DNA of 64,000 bases from Octopus vulgaris (GCA_951406725.2 OX597836.1:27590001-27654000); one strand, 5' to 3'; counted from the first letter of the stretch, positions 12,555 through 25,024 are shown. Program-made: numbers and translations. The notes: generated by a model not told the origin, from the letters alone.

Positions 12555-13310
12555 TATACATCAATACGCTCATATAAAGATTTAAGAATGGGACGGAATT
12601 GAAAGTGAATGCAAACATGAACTGTAAAACTAAAAAACACATCTACTGCATCACATGGCCACAATGCAATGAAAACTACATTGGGGAAACAGGAAGGAAG
12701 TTGACCAGCTGTGTAAATGTGCATCAACAACAGTGGAGGCGCAATGGCCCAGTGGTTAGGGCAGCGGACTCGTGGTCGGAGGATCGCGATTTCGATTCCC
12801 AGACCGAGCGCTATGTGTGTTTATTGAGCGAAAACACCTAAAGCTTCACGAGGCTCCGGCAGGGGGGGTGGCGACCCCTGTTGTACTCTTTCGCCCCAAC
12901 TTTCTCTCACTCTTTCTTCCTGTTCCTTATCCCCGGCTTCCCACGCAACCGCTGAACCTGGATGCGCATTCATCCATCCGTCGATGCTCTCGGTGTCGGG
13001 GGTTGACCTGCTTTCTCTTCTGCGGGTCTTACGAATAGCAAAGGGCCACGTTTCGGACTCCTCCGATCTTGTGAACTCTGGGACGAAGACCGTTTGCTCA
13101 ACAGCAACAGCAACAGCTCAACAGCATCAACAACAATTTAGGGATTCATGTATTAGGAATGTCCCATGCAGTGAACATCTAGATATTTGTGCAAATGGAA
13201 AATTTAAAATATTCCCATTATACAAAATAAACGATTAAAATGATTAACTACGAAAGGCAAAAGAAGGATATTTTATAAGAATGCTAAATCCGAAACTAAA
13301 CCGGAAGTAG
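12555..13310 (+). mobile_element. Penelope-like element 3' remnant encoding a GIY-YIG endonuclease, split by a SINE
   Basis: NCKTKKHIYCITWPQCNENYIGETGRKLTSCVNVHQQQ, then the SINE, then FRDSCIRNVPCSEHLDICANGKFKIFP...RKAKEGYFIRMLNPKLN. The IY..YIGET, H, E and N motifs of the PLE endonuclease are all present. Confidence 0.85.
12733..13123 (+). mobile_element. SINE family C with an alternative tail ending in (CAACAG)n
   Basis: tRNA head at about 12735. 12-bp TSD GCATCAACAACA at 12721-12732 and 13124-13135. Confidence 0.85.
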
Positions 13311-13399
13311 GCAACACTCCATATAATAAACAATGGTAAAAGACTATTATTTACATTATTTACATTTAACGGTTATTTGTCCTCATCTTGTTTGTCGTT

Positions 13400-13445
13400 A
13401 ACACAACGTTTCGGCTGTTATACGCTCCAGCCTTCATCAGGTGTC
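13400..13445 (-). ncRNA. Minimal type I hammerhead ribozyme motif, canonical core
   Basis: GACAC-CUGAUGA-A-GGCUG-(10 nt)-CAGCC-GAAA-C-GUU-GUGUU, with the palindrome AACGUU at stem III. Confidence 0.8.
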
Positions 13446-13493
13446 TTGGGGGAAATTTCGAACCTGGGTTCTCATTCCTAAGGTATTTTTCGA

Positions 13494-13560
<67 letters not shown>

Positions 13561-13697
13561 ATTCACGTCATATGGCTTAGTGGTTAAGGGTGCGGGCTAC
13601 TAACCCCAAGATTCCGAGTTCGATTCCAAGCAGTGACCTGAATAATAATAATAATGATGATAATAATAATAACAACAACAACAACAATAATAATAAT

Positions 13698-13728
<31 letters not shown>

Positions 13729-13775
13729 TTGAAAAATACCTTAGGAATGAGAACCCAGGTTCGAAATTACCCCAA

Positions 13776-13804
13776 GACACCTGATGAAGTCGAAACGTTG
13801 TATT
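13776..13804 (+). ncRNA. Hammerhead motif with stem II deleted (defective copy)
   Basis: GACAC-CTGATGA-AGTC-GAAA-C-GTT-GTATT. Confidence 0.6.
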
Positions 13805-14204
13805 AACAACAAACAAGATGAGGGCAAATATCTCTGTCAAATGTAAATAATGTACATAATTCCTCATCTCTTAAATTTAGAACTGGGTAAAAGAATATTT
13901 ACAAATTCCCTTTTGAGAAAATATCAAATAAAAATGATTAACTATGAAAGACAAAGGAAAAATACTCCATGAAAACCCTGAATCCGAAAATAAACCAGAA
14001 ATAGTATTAATAGTTAATAGTTAATACTACTAATACTACTACATAAATAACAACTTCCTCTTTCATACTTTATCCAAGAACACGTGTGTTTGGAAAAGAT
14101 AATCGAAAGCGCTTACACACACTAGGAAGTTCTTTCATAAGGGGTTAGAGACATTCTTATAAAGAATTTATAAATTTCAGAAAAAAAATAATTAAAAATA
14201 CTTT

Positions 14205-14400
14205 GCGTCTGTGTTTGCCCCAGCATCGCTTGACAACCGGTGTTGGTGCTTTTACGTCCTGTAACCAACCGGTTCGGCAAAAGAGACCGATAAGAAATAA
14301 GTGCTGGGGTCGATTCATTTGACTACAAATTCTTTAAAGCGGTGCCCCAGGATGGCCGCGGTTTGATGACTGAAACAAAAAAAAAAGACAAAAGATAAAA
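14205..14400 (+). mobile_element. SINE family B, 3' half
   Basis: Similar to the family B tail. Confidence 0.75.
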
Positions 14401-14483
14401 TAACAACAAACAAGAGCGACAACACCAAAAACAACAGCAACAACTGCAACAGAAACGACAACAACAATAACCACACCTTTCGT

Positions 14484-14891
14484 CAGTAGTTCTGCATCTG
14501 TTTGACTTAGCGTTGCTATGGAGATCTAACCATCAGCTATCGGTGCACTTGGTGTAGACTGTGCAGAATTCACCGGTGCAGCTGCAAGAGAAATTCTAGC
14601 GGCGCATTGCACGCAGAGAGGGAAAAAATTCTGTTTTAGATTAAAATATTTTTTTCAAAAAAAAAACTGTTTTTAGAAAAACTATATTTTATCAATTATG
14701 TTTATGTCTAACAAAATCATGCAGAACAAGTTTTTTCAAGAGAGCCAGCCATAGTTTGGATTTTGCAAAGCCGTGAAACATATTTTCAAAAAATTCTTGG
14801 TGCACCTGGATATCCCTTGCAGCTAATTAATGCACCGCGATGCATTGTAGCGCGCCGCAGTGCACTGCGGTGCACTGCTTGAGAACCAATT
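14484..14891. mobile_element. Degenerate hAT(Charlie)-like MITE
   Basis: Ends CAGTAGTTCT and TTGAGAACCA resemble CAGTGGTTCTCAA-type TIRs, with repeated GGTGCA subterminal motifs. Confidence 0.4.
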
Positions 14892-15586
14892 CCTGAAATC
14901 AATAATGTTCTCATACCAGCAACACTGCTTTATGAATTCCCTCCTTTAATATTCACCTCCACCCTCTATCCACATCTACATCATTCCCACTTCTATCATC
15001 CACTTCTATACAAGCCCTTTGTATAGTCATGAACTTCAGCATTAGCCACCCCTCTATCATCTATTTCTATACTAGTCGCCCCTTCTATCGTCCACTTCTA
15101 TACCCCACCCTCTACAACCCGATTCCGTACCAACCCCCTTCTATCACCGTCTTCTATACTACTCCACCCTCTATCGCCCATTTCTACCCCAGACCCTTCT
15201 CTATCGCTCACTTGTAAACCAGCCTCCCCCTCCATCATCCATTGCTACTATACTAACATTCTCTTACGCTACCATCACTTCTGTGGACGACCTCAATATA
15301 TCCTTAATGTCAACACCTTCACCACCTTCACCACCACCTTCACCACCACCATCACCACCACCTTCATAACTTCAACCATCACCATCACAACCAATTTTTT
15401 TAATAGCTTATCCAGAAGTGGAAGGGGCAGCGCCCATGACTCGTTTGAGGATGCCCGAGACTAGCAAGCTGGCAGAATCATTAGCTTGTCGGACAAAATG
15501 CTTAACGACATTTCCTCCGGCTTTTTAAGTTCTGAGTTCAAATGACTCCGTGGTCAACAATTTACTCGGTGGTCAAATTAAATGAT

Positions 15587-16805
15587 AATCTTTTAGCATC
15601 GAACGCTCAGTCCACCAATAATGCTCCCTCTTCCCGCTCTTACAAGGTTTGGCGTTAGGACCTAAGCTGCTAAGGTTGCAGACTTTGAGGGTATCTCTCT
15701 GGATTTGGAACAGAAAAGAGCCGCGTCTGCATAGGCGGACGACACTGTCGAGGTGTTGGACACTTCGGATATAGACGCGATCGGCACTATACTGAGTGAA
15801 CTTTGTGGATGTGCAGGACCATACATAAACCAGAACGAATCGATGGGTTAGCAACTAGATTCTTGGAAAGGCAAGTTCATGTTGACCAATGACAATTTCT
15901 GACACTGGACTGAGGGCCCGCTGAAATGTTCGGAGTCTGGTTCAGACCAGAGCACAAATAGATAGGAACTGGAAAAAGATTACGAGCAGAGTACAATCTC
16001 ATTCAGAAATGAGGAAAAAGGAGGCTGTCTCTGAAAGGCCGACCGGAAGTAGCGGTTGCGTACTTCGCCTCGGTGGTGTACTACTGCCTGACCGTCGTAT
16101 CTTGTCTCAAGAAAACTCAGACCAGATTGGAGCGCTTGCTTTTCCGATTGTTATGGAAGGGTCAAATTCCGTTGGTCAAGAAATCAATCGGCTGTCAACA
16201 ACCACTTCATTATGATTTCTGGATGCTGTCCTTGATGATGTACCTGTGCACACTCTGGCTGATGCACCAACAGAAATATCCCAATCACTTTGATGGTGTC
16301 CATGACGGCAAGGTAAACAAGGACGAACTGGCGTAGGCGTGTTCCGCGTTGTAGCTCGTCTCCTTGACCGAGTTGCGTAGGCTATGATCGGGCATTTGGA
16401 ATCTAGAATGTTACCAGGAGCCCACAGCATTGTACAAGCAGAACAAAGCCGTTACCGAGAAAAAGACTCACGATTTCTATCGTTGCCCAATTGAAGGTAT
16501 GGGCATCGATAGCCTGGGATCAACTCTGGGCATCAGCAAAAATAGTCTGAGTGGTCTCTTCTGGAGGACTTTCAGATCGGAGGTTATGGACAACTTCCAA
16601 GAGTTCTTGGCATGGCAGTGCTACTTGGGGGCATTACCTGTTTGAGACAAGCTGTTCAAGTATGGAAGTGCAAGTAGCAGAACCTATCCGAGATGCACGC
16701 AGGGATACGAAACAATCCTGCACGCAGTCGCCCGATGTCTGTGCATTAGCGACTTGTGGGCTTACGTTGATCAGCTGTTGTCTCGTGTAAGACGAATCCA
16801 GCCGT
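15587..16805 (+). mobile_element. L1/Tx1-clade LINE ORF2 remnant (RT to zinc finger), pseudogenised
   Basis: SFSIERSVHQ*CSLFPLL (decayed QGCPLSP), SA*ADDT (decayed YADD), RLSLKGR, LERLLFRLLWKG, GALPV*DKL...PRC...ETILHA...C. Confidence 0.85.
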
Positions 16806-16915
16806 CCACCATGATGATGATGATGATGACGGTAGCGATGATAATAACGAAGATGATGATGATGATAATAATGATAAACATCACCATCATTATCGTGTTC
16901 ATCATCATCTTTATC

Positions 16916-16950
<35 letters not shown>

Positions 16951-17150
16951 GATCATCATCGTCATGATCATCATGATCATCGTCATCGTCATCGTCATCA
17001 TCATCATCACCATCATCACCAGCATCATCGTCATCGTCATCATCATCATCGTCTTCGTCTTCATCGTCATCGTCATCATCACCATCATCACCACCATCAT
17101 CATCATCGTCATCGCCATCACCATCATCGTCATCGTCGTCATCGTCGTCG

Positions 17151-17203
<53 letters not shown>

Positions 17204-17522
17204 GTCATCCTCCTCCTCCTCATCATCATCATCGTCATCGTCATCATCGTCATCGTCATCGCCATCGCCAACGTCATCATTGTTGCGTGTTCGTTTTCTT
17301 TTCGTTTTTGCCTGTTCACTTTCAATGAATGCATTTATTTATTTATTTATTTTGTAAAACTACATCCTCAACTTCAACGTTTGGTTATTTCAAACTCAAC
17401 AACAACAACAACAACAACAACAGTAACAACAACAACAACGACAACAACAACGATAAAAGCGATAACAGTAACAATAAAGTATAGCGGTGACGATGAAACT
17501 GATATCAACATTAACATTAGCG

Positions 17523-17604
<82 letters not shown>

Positions 17605-17611
17605 TAATAAT

Positions 17612-17980
17612 AATGCTTTCTAATTGATGTATCAATACCGGCAGATGACAACGTGTCTCTAAAAGAAATGGAGAAACTCTCAAAATACAAAGACCTGGAA
17701 ATAGAGGTAACTAGAATGTGGAATCTGAAAACAGAAACAATTCCTATCATTAGGCATGATAAAAAAATATTCAGAGAAATACATAACAAAAACACCAGGA
17801 CTTACAAACACATATAACATACAGAAAATTGCACTACTAGGCACTGCACACATCCTACGCAGAACACTTTCCATACAATAACCATCAGAGCATCACAACA
17901 AATCACAGCACATACCCAAGGCACACATAGCTGTGCTCGGTAGTGAAGTGAAAGCACGCTATAAAAATAAAACTACTGAA
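17612..17980 (+). mobile_element. R4/Dong-type LINE 3' end inserted in (TAA)n
   Basis: CFLIDVSIPADDNVSLKEMEKLSKYKDLEIEVTRMWNLKTETIPII...IQKIALLGTAHILRRTLS, then a 3' UTR. (TAA)n lies on both sides. Confidence 0.9.
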
Positions 17981-18030
17981 TAATAATAATAATAATGATA
18001 ATAATAATAATGATAATAATAATAATAATA

Positions 18031-18061
<31 letters not shown>

Positions 18062-19468
18062 TAGTAATAGTAATATATTGGTAATAATAATGATAATAAT
18101 AATGATATATTGATAATATTAATGATGGTAATAAAGATTTCTTTTAGCAATAATTTCTTTCATTATCATTCTTTCATAACAGAAATGATAATATTAATAA
18201 CAACGGGGAGGGGAGCGTAGTGATGGTGGTGATGGTGATGGTGGTGGTGGGAGTGGTGGTGGCCGTGCTGGTGTTGGTGGTGTTAGTGGTAGTAGTGATG
18301 GTGGTAACGATGTTACTGGTGGAGGCGGTAGTGGCGATGGCGATGGTGGTGGTAGTGGTGGTGATGTAGTGGTGGTTGTGATGATTGTAGTGGTGGTGGT
18401 GGTGTTGGTGGTGGTAGTTATGGTTGTGGTGGTGGTGGTGATGTAGTGGCGGTTGTGATGATAGTAGTGGTGATGGTGGTGGTGGTGGTGGTGGTGGTGG
18501 CAGTTGTGATTGTTGTGGTGGTGATGTAGTGGCGGTTGTGATGATAGTGGTGGTGTTGGTTGTGGCAGTTGTGGTTGTGGTGGTGGTGATGTAGTGGCAG
18601 TTGTGATGATAGTAGTGGTGTTGGTGTTGGTGGTGTCGGTGGTGGCAGTTATGGTTGTGGTGGTGGTAGTCGTTGTGCTGATGGTACGGTAGTGGTTGCT
18701 GCTGGCACAAACAAACAGATGCAGCGACAACAACAACATCAACAATAGCAACAACAACAACAGCAGTAACAACAATGGCAGCAATAACGGCTGAAGGAAG
18801 AATACCAGCGACGAAGAGAAACGATAACGAAAAACATAATATGAATAAATAAATAAATAAATAAAAGACAATTCCATTGCACATCAACAACAACAACAAA
18901 ATCATTGGATGTATTGTCCATAATATAAATAACAACAACAACAACAACAAAACAAAACATTCAGAAGTAGCAACAACAACAATTAGCAACAAGTGACAAG
19001 AACAAGAACTAGAAAAACAAGAACGAGAATAAGCAACAAAAATCAAGTTGAAGCTTTGTCCTTGTAGTGGAAGCGGGGAAAAAAGAAAACATGGCGTCTC
19101 TCATTTCACATCCAATTAACGGTAATCTTATGCAATCCGTTCAATGTTCCAGACATCCGACTATCCGTTCGTTCGTTCATTTGTTCATCCATCCATCCAT
19201 CCATTCGCCCATCCATCTGTCCATCCGTCCATCTATCCATCCATTCATCCGTCCATCTATCATTTTACAAGACGTTCAACCTTCGCCAGCAACTGAACAA
19301 TCATCTCCAATATGGCGTCAACTTCAAGACAAATTTGACTTTAATTAACTCAGTCATCTCACAAAGGTGTGATGACGGCTTAATAATAACGGAACTATGT
19401 AAACATTTGCTGCAGTTGGCAGTCTTTTCTTTTCTGCTGCTGTTGTTGTTGTTGTTGTTGTTATTATT

Positions 19469-19539
<71 letters not shown>

Positions 19540-19541
19540 CA

Positions 19542-19597
<56 letters not shown>

Positions 19598-19599
19598 GT

Positions 19600-19697
<98 letters not shown>

Positions 19698-19714
19698 TGA
19701 TGATGATGATAAAC

Positions 19715-19928
19715 TTTTCTAATCTAGGCACGATGTCCGAAGTTTTTGGGGAGGGGGGCCAGTCGATTAGATCGATTCCTGTACGCAACTGGCACTTAAT
19801 TTATCGACCCCGAAAGGATGAAAGGCAAAGTCGACCGCGGCGAAATTTGAACTCAGAACGTAAAGACGGATAAAATTCCGCTAAGCACTTTGTCCGGCGT
19901 GCTAATGATTTTGCCAGCTCGCCGCCTT
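19715..19928 (-). mobile_element. SINE family A, short-tail variant
   Basis: Core and head are conserved. Confidence 0.8.
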
Positions 19929-19941
19929 AATAATAATAATG

Positions 19942-19993
<52 letters not shown>

Positions 19994-20019
19994 TAACAAT
20001 AACAATAATAATAATAGTA

Positions 20020-20079
<60 letters not shown>

Positions 20080-20295
20080 GCAATGAAGAAGTACAAACGG
20101 CGGTGTATATACACATGTATGACTGTGTCTACAAAAGAGTGCGTTCGGGTGTTAGCCGTGCTTGTGCATTTGATGCGATGAGAGAATGGTATAAAAACGA
20201 GCTAGAGGCTGTGACGGTGAATGACATTTCCAGGACATTATAGGATTTCTTCATAGAGATTGACCTTGCCTCACCCAGAGCAGAGCTTTTAATGT

Positions 20296-20520
20296 AGGCG
20301 CAGGAGTGGCTGTGTGGTAAGTAGCTTGCTTACCAGCTACGTGGTTCCGGGTTCCGTCCCACTGCATGGCACCTTGGGCAAGTGTCTTCAACTATAGCCT
20401 CGGGCCGACCAAAGCTTTGTGAGTAGATTTGGTAGACGGAAACTGAAAGAAACCCGTCGTATATGTATATGTGTATATATATACACGTGTATGTATGTGT
20501 GTATATATTTGTGTGTCTGT
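20296..20520 (+). mobile_element. SINE family B, 5' half
   Basis: GGCGCAGGAGTGGCTGTGTGGTAAG...GGCACCTTGGGCAAGTGTC. Confidence 0.8.
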
Positions 20521-21030
20521 ATCTGCTCAAGTCTCAGCGGCGGTGTCGGTTGATGACATTCAAAATAAAATACATAGTTAACTAAGACTTGATATCAAAC
20601 ACAAACACACACACACCCACACACACATGCGCACTCAAACGCTCGCAATCACACATACACAGAGAAAGAGATGCAGTCACACATATAATGGCACACATAG
20701 TTACACACGTTCATCCAGGCAAATACATCTATAAATAGAATATTCGTGTGAATATTCGATCGAAAATTCTTTGGACAAGAAAACGTGGAAGGCCGCTTCT
20801 AGGACATAAGCCCAATGTTTACAGTTACTGTTTAAAGCTTTATTTGCTTCGAGATTCCCCGTTCTTAAAAGAAAATTATTTCACGTTCTCGAAGTTTATA
20901 TATATTGTTCTAAGTTGTACAAAAAGCAAAACAAAAAAAAAGGACAAAGAAAAAAGAACAACAGCCAGCTACAGGTGGGGAAACAAAAGACGAGGTGCAT
21001 TAGTTTGATGTTCAGGGAAAATAGAATTGT

Positions 21031-21066
21031 CTTCGACATTTCGAGCCTGTGCTCTTCAGCAGAAAG
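21031..21066 (-). ncRNA. Minimal hammerhead motif (A6C core variant) within a Penelope-like terminal fragment (about 20905-21115)
   Basis: CUUU-CUGCUGA-A-GAGC-ACAG-GCUC-GAAA-U-GUC-GAAG. Confidence 0.6.
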
Positions 21067-21191
21067 GAGTGAGGAGAGAAAACAGATAGAGAGAGGAAAA
21101 GAAACAGAGAGCAAAATGTTTATATACATATGTGTGTGTGTGTGTGTGTCTGTCTATGTATGTATATATACATACACACGCACTCATATAC

Positions 21192-21257
<66 letters not shown>

Positions 21258-21261
<4 letters not shown>

Positions 21262-21390
21262 AAGGAATCTAATGCGCCTGGCTTAGATTTCCCTTGGGGG
21301 CTGCCCAGATCGAAGCAATCTCAAGATTAATCAGCCGAAATTGCGAAGATGATCCGGTTCTTGACTGATGATTGAGGGCTTCAAAACATT
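21258..21390. repeat. Interspersed repeat family E fragment
   Basis: Inverse of about 23505-23625, and also present at 38965-39062. Confidence 0.7.
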
Positions 21391-21983
21391 AAATACCCAC
21401 TAATTTAATTATGAACCCCATATTTAAAAAAACGTTCAAATACCTACTCAGACTACTTTCGCTTCTTCATGCTTCGAGCAAAATGAACGAAAAGCATAAA
21501 AAAAGCGGGAACAGGTAAATTCTTAAAGACTATTCGCATCAAGTCACAAATTTCATACCTCCAAATAAGATATGTTTTGTAAACCGGATTTTTGCGGTAG
21601 CGTGTAATTTCTACAATTCCAGATTAACTGTTTATTTATTTATCTATCTATTTAATTAATTAATTAATTAGTTAGTTAGTTAATTAATTGATTATTTACT
21701 TATCTATTAGAAACTATTCCTAGTTGCCATTGATTCTACGTGTTTTGAGTTCCACCAAGTCTTGATGCCAGTAATTGTTTATCAGAATCTCCTGTCTTTT
21801 CATTCTGCTATTAATTATTCTGTTTTGTTATCAACTCTTTGATCATTCATTCATCGGAATCTGACCCCTTAATGAAAATTTGCTCAAATTAAGCCCTAAC
21901 AGCGATCTGTGTACATACTTAAAATGTAAATGGTGAAAGCCTTCTAAACTGTGGTATTCGTATTGAGAAAGTATCTTATATAC

Positions 21984-22453
21984 ACGTATAGTGTTAAAAA
22001 CTAGAAAATATCAGTAGCAAGCAAAGGTCGCCTAGCATTAAAGCTTGAAATTGCTGGATCTAGATTCCTAAGTGTTAACTTCAGCAGCAGCAAATATCCA
22101 CGTCACCTCATGTCAAGCAAACATCAGCCACTAGCTGATATAGTTAAATAGTGACTGAAAGGTCACTGATGTCGTATTTAGCTGGCAGGCTGAATAAAAA
22201 TTCATAATTAGCAACGGAATCAGAATTAGTGATCTGTATACTTACTTCCTGCCGGCTAAATGCGGCATCTGTAACCTTTTAATCACTGTTTTAACTACAT
22301 CAGCTAATAGCTGATGTTTGCTTGACAAGAGGTGCGGTGGATATTTGCTACTGGAGAAGCTAACAAGCAGAAATCCAGATCCTGCAATTTCATCAACGAT
22401 GTTGAACGACCTTCACCTTCTGCTGGTATTTTTCTGATTTTAGCTCCATATGT
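21984..22453. repeat. Long imperfect inverted repeat (arms ~205 bp, loop ~58 bp); fold-back/MITE-like
   Basis: For example GCAAATATCCAC...TGTCAAGCAAACATCAGC versus GCTGATGTTTGCTTGACA...GTGGATATTTGC. Confidence 0.85.
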
Positions 22454-22584
22454 CGAAAACAGAAAAAAAAAACACTCACATTAACTAATTTTAACTAATA
22501 CTGCTTCCATGCTAACGATGAATTTAAGCAATACTATTTCGGACGAGAAAGTTTGTAGCCATTGCAACTACATATAGTTCTATA

Positions 22585-22845
22585 TTTTATTGTGTCTGGG
22601 GAGAGTCATTTTCTTTTTGTGCCTTATAATTTAACACACTCACCGGTAAAATTTCTACTTATTTCTTCTTATTTTTAGTTCTTACTTTAGGGAAATAACA
22701 ATCAAAATAAAAATAAGAAATAAGCGAAAATTTTACCGGTGAGTGTATTAAATTATAAGACACAAAAAGAAAATTACTTTCCCCAGACACAACGGAATAT
22801 GCTTCAACACAAGAATCTTGCTAACCAAATCCAAAATCGAAATAC
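22585..22845. mobile_element. Fold-back insertion (arms ~85 bp, one arm extended) with TSD
   Basis: TTGTGTCTGGGGA (22590) pairs with TCCCCAGACACAA (22792). AGTTCTATA occurs at 22576-22584 and 22846-22854. Confidence 0.7.
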
Positions 22846-23275
22846 AGTTCTATAGTTTCAGTTAAAACCACCTCGAATGTTTTGTCATGTCTTAGTTACA
22901 GACTCCACCAGTTTAGTAACTCATGGTATTCCTAAGCAAAAAAGGAAAAAATACTGGATTCACCAGTCTCAGATACATATATACATAAAGACACACACAC
23001 TAACACACACAAACGAGTACACTTTGAGAGAATATGAAATAATTCATGTTTGGAATATGTAAATATTGAGCTTAAAAAAGCCTTTGGATAGAAAAAGCTG
23101 AAGTTTTCCCCGTGGGACCAAACACACAACTTCTGTGAATATGACAGGCGTTCTACCATTGGACCTTTGAATTTCTTTAGAAACGTTATTCTTACCACAG
23201 GCAACCATCAATATTTTAAACCAATATTTACACCCTATCATTTATAGCTTTAATTACTTCGAGATTCATCACTCC

Positions 23276-23432
<157 letters not shown>

Positions 23433-23437
23433 AAAAA

Positions 23438-23745
23438 TACAAACTGGGACAAGAACGCAAAACATTTAGAAGACGATACCAAAAACACGGACGGGACATT
23501 CGAAACCTTCAATCTTCAGTCAAGAACCGGATCATCCTCGCAATTTCGGCTGATTAATCTTGAGATTGCTCCGATCTGGCCAGCCTCAAAGGAAAATCTA
23601 AGCCAAGCGCATTAGATTCCTTGGAAGAAAGCCTCGAATGTATACAAAAGAAGGACGGGAAAACGGACGAGGTTACACGAATAAGAATACAAAAATACGT
23701 AAAAACAATAATGATGATAATAATAACAAAAACAGGACGTCATAT
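23438..23745. repeat. Interspersed repeat family E
   Basis: Shared with the copies at 21258 and 38951. Confidence 0.7.
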
Positions 23746-24118
23746 ATACGCATATTATCCAATTTGTTCAAGCTTGGCGGCTGAGCGTACAGTCAGCTAA
23801 TAGTTTTTACTGATATTCTATAACTTCCAAAGCCATCTCAGAGGTGTCTCGCTTTTGTAGTACCCGGTATTGATGATAGGCAATTAGCCAGAAATGCATT
23901 CATCAATCAACAGGAGGGCGCAATTAGCTAGAAATGCATTCATCAATCAACAGGAGGGCGCTTGAGAGGACTGCCGGTGTTTCGACAGCTGTTTCTTAAG
24001 GCGATAATTTTCTCCACGGCAAGTCGCAGTGATAATGGCCTTCTTATTAGTTAAATGTCAAACGAATATGAATAGATTTAAAAGATTTTATTCATATATA
24101 TGAGAAAGAGAGAGAGAG

Positions 24119-24160
<42 letters not shown>

Positions 24161-24398
24161 TATACATGATTCAACGGAACAGCATCGATGCGGATGCTCA
24201 ATATGCTATAAATAGCAGCCAAACTCCCTCAAATTTCCCTCGGCCATCATATAAACGGGAGAATACGTTGAGTGTTGTATTCTGAAATATAGAATAAGAC
24301 GGACTGGCCAAAAGTGGATTGTCCCCGATCATCTTCAGTGAAAGCAAACAATAAAAAAAAAGTAACTAGACGCATGTATGCATATATACACGGGCAGT

Positions 24399-24450
<52 letters not shown>

Positions 24451-24453
24451 GTA

Positions 24454-24485
<32 letters not shown>

Positions 24486-24598
24486 AATACACACATCTGT
24501 ATGTATGTATATACAGATAAACAAATGCATTTACACAAACTCACTCACTCACGCACGCATACACATACACACACACACATATATATAAAAGAATAAAA

Positions 24599-24654
<56 letters not shown>

Positions 24655-24658
<4 letters not shown>

Positions 24659-24850
24659 TCTTTTATTCTTTTATTTCTTTCAGTCAATTGACTGCGGAGG
24701 TGCTGGAGCACCGCCTTTTTAATCGAACAAATGGACCCGAGGACTTATTCTTTCTATCGGTTTCTATGCCGAACCGCTAAGTTACGGGGACGTAAAGACA
24801 CCGACTTCGGTACTCAAGCGATGATGGTGGGGGACACAGACACACAAACA
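24655..24850 (-). mobile_element. SINE family B, 3' half
   Basis: Similar to the family B tail. A matching 5' half lies at about 25620-25783. Confidence 0.75.
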
Positions 24851-24991
24851 TAGACAAACATTACACACACGCCCACACACATACACACACACTCCCTCAC
24901 ACACATGCACACACACGCACACACACATACACACGATAGACAGACAGACAGTCAGACAGACTGATAGATAGACAGATAGATAGATAGATAT

Positions 24992-25024
<33 letters not shown>

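Larger units (their letters stand above)
13349..13885 (+). mobile_element. Non-autonomous element: tRNA-derived head, (TAA/CAA)n, hammerhead-bearing tail, with an upstream inverted copy of the tail
   Basis: A box TGGCTTAGTGG at 13573-13583 and B box GAGTTCGATTCC at 13616-13627. 13349-13570 is the inverse of about 13634-13855. TSD GGTAAAAGA(C/A)TATT at 13335-13348 and 13886-13899. Confidence 0.75.

Noticed and set aside
13566-13640. tRNA gene (also the heads at 3030-3093, 12735, 28270-28341, 45379)
   Set aside because: Acceptor and other stems are imperfect and the heads are attached to repeat bodies, so these are SINE heads rather than functional tRNAs.
23880-23960. 40-bp tandem duplication (also 14-bp arrays at about 12148-12200 and 14950-15260)
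   Set aside because: Ordinary slippage repeats with no sign of function.
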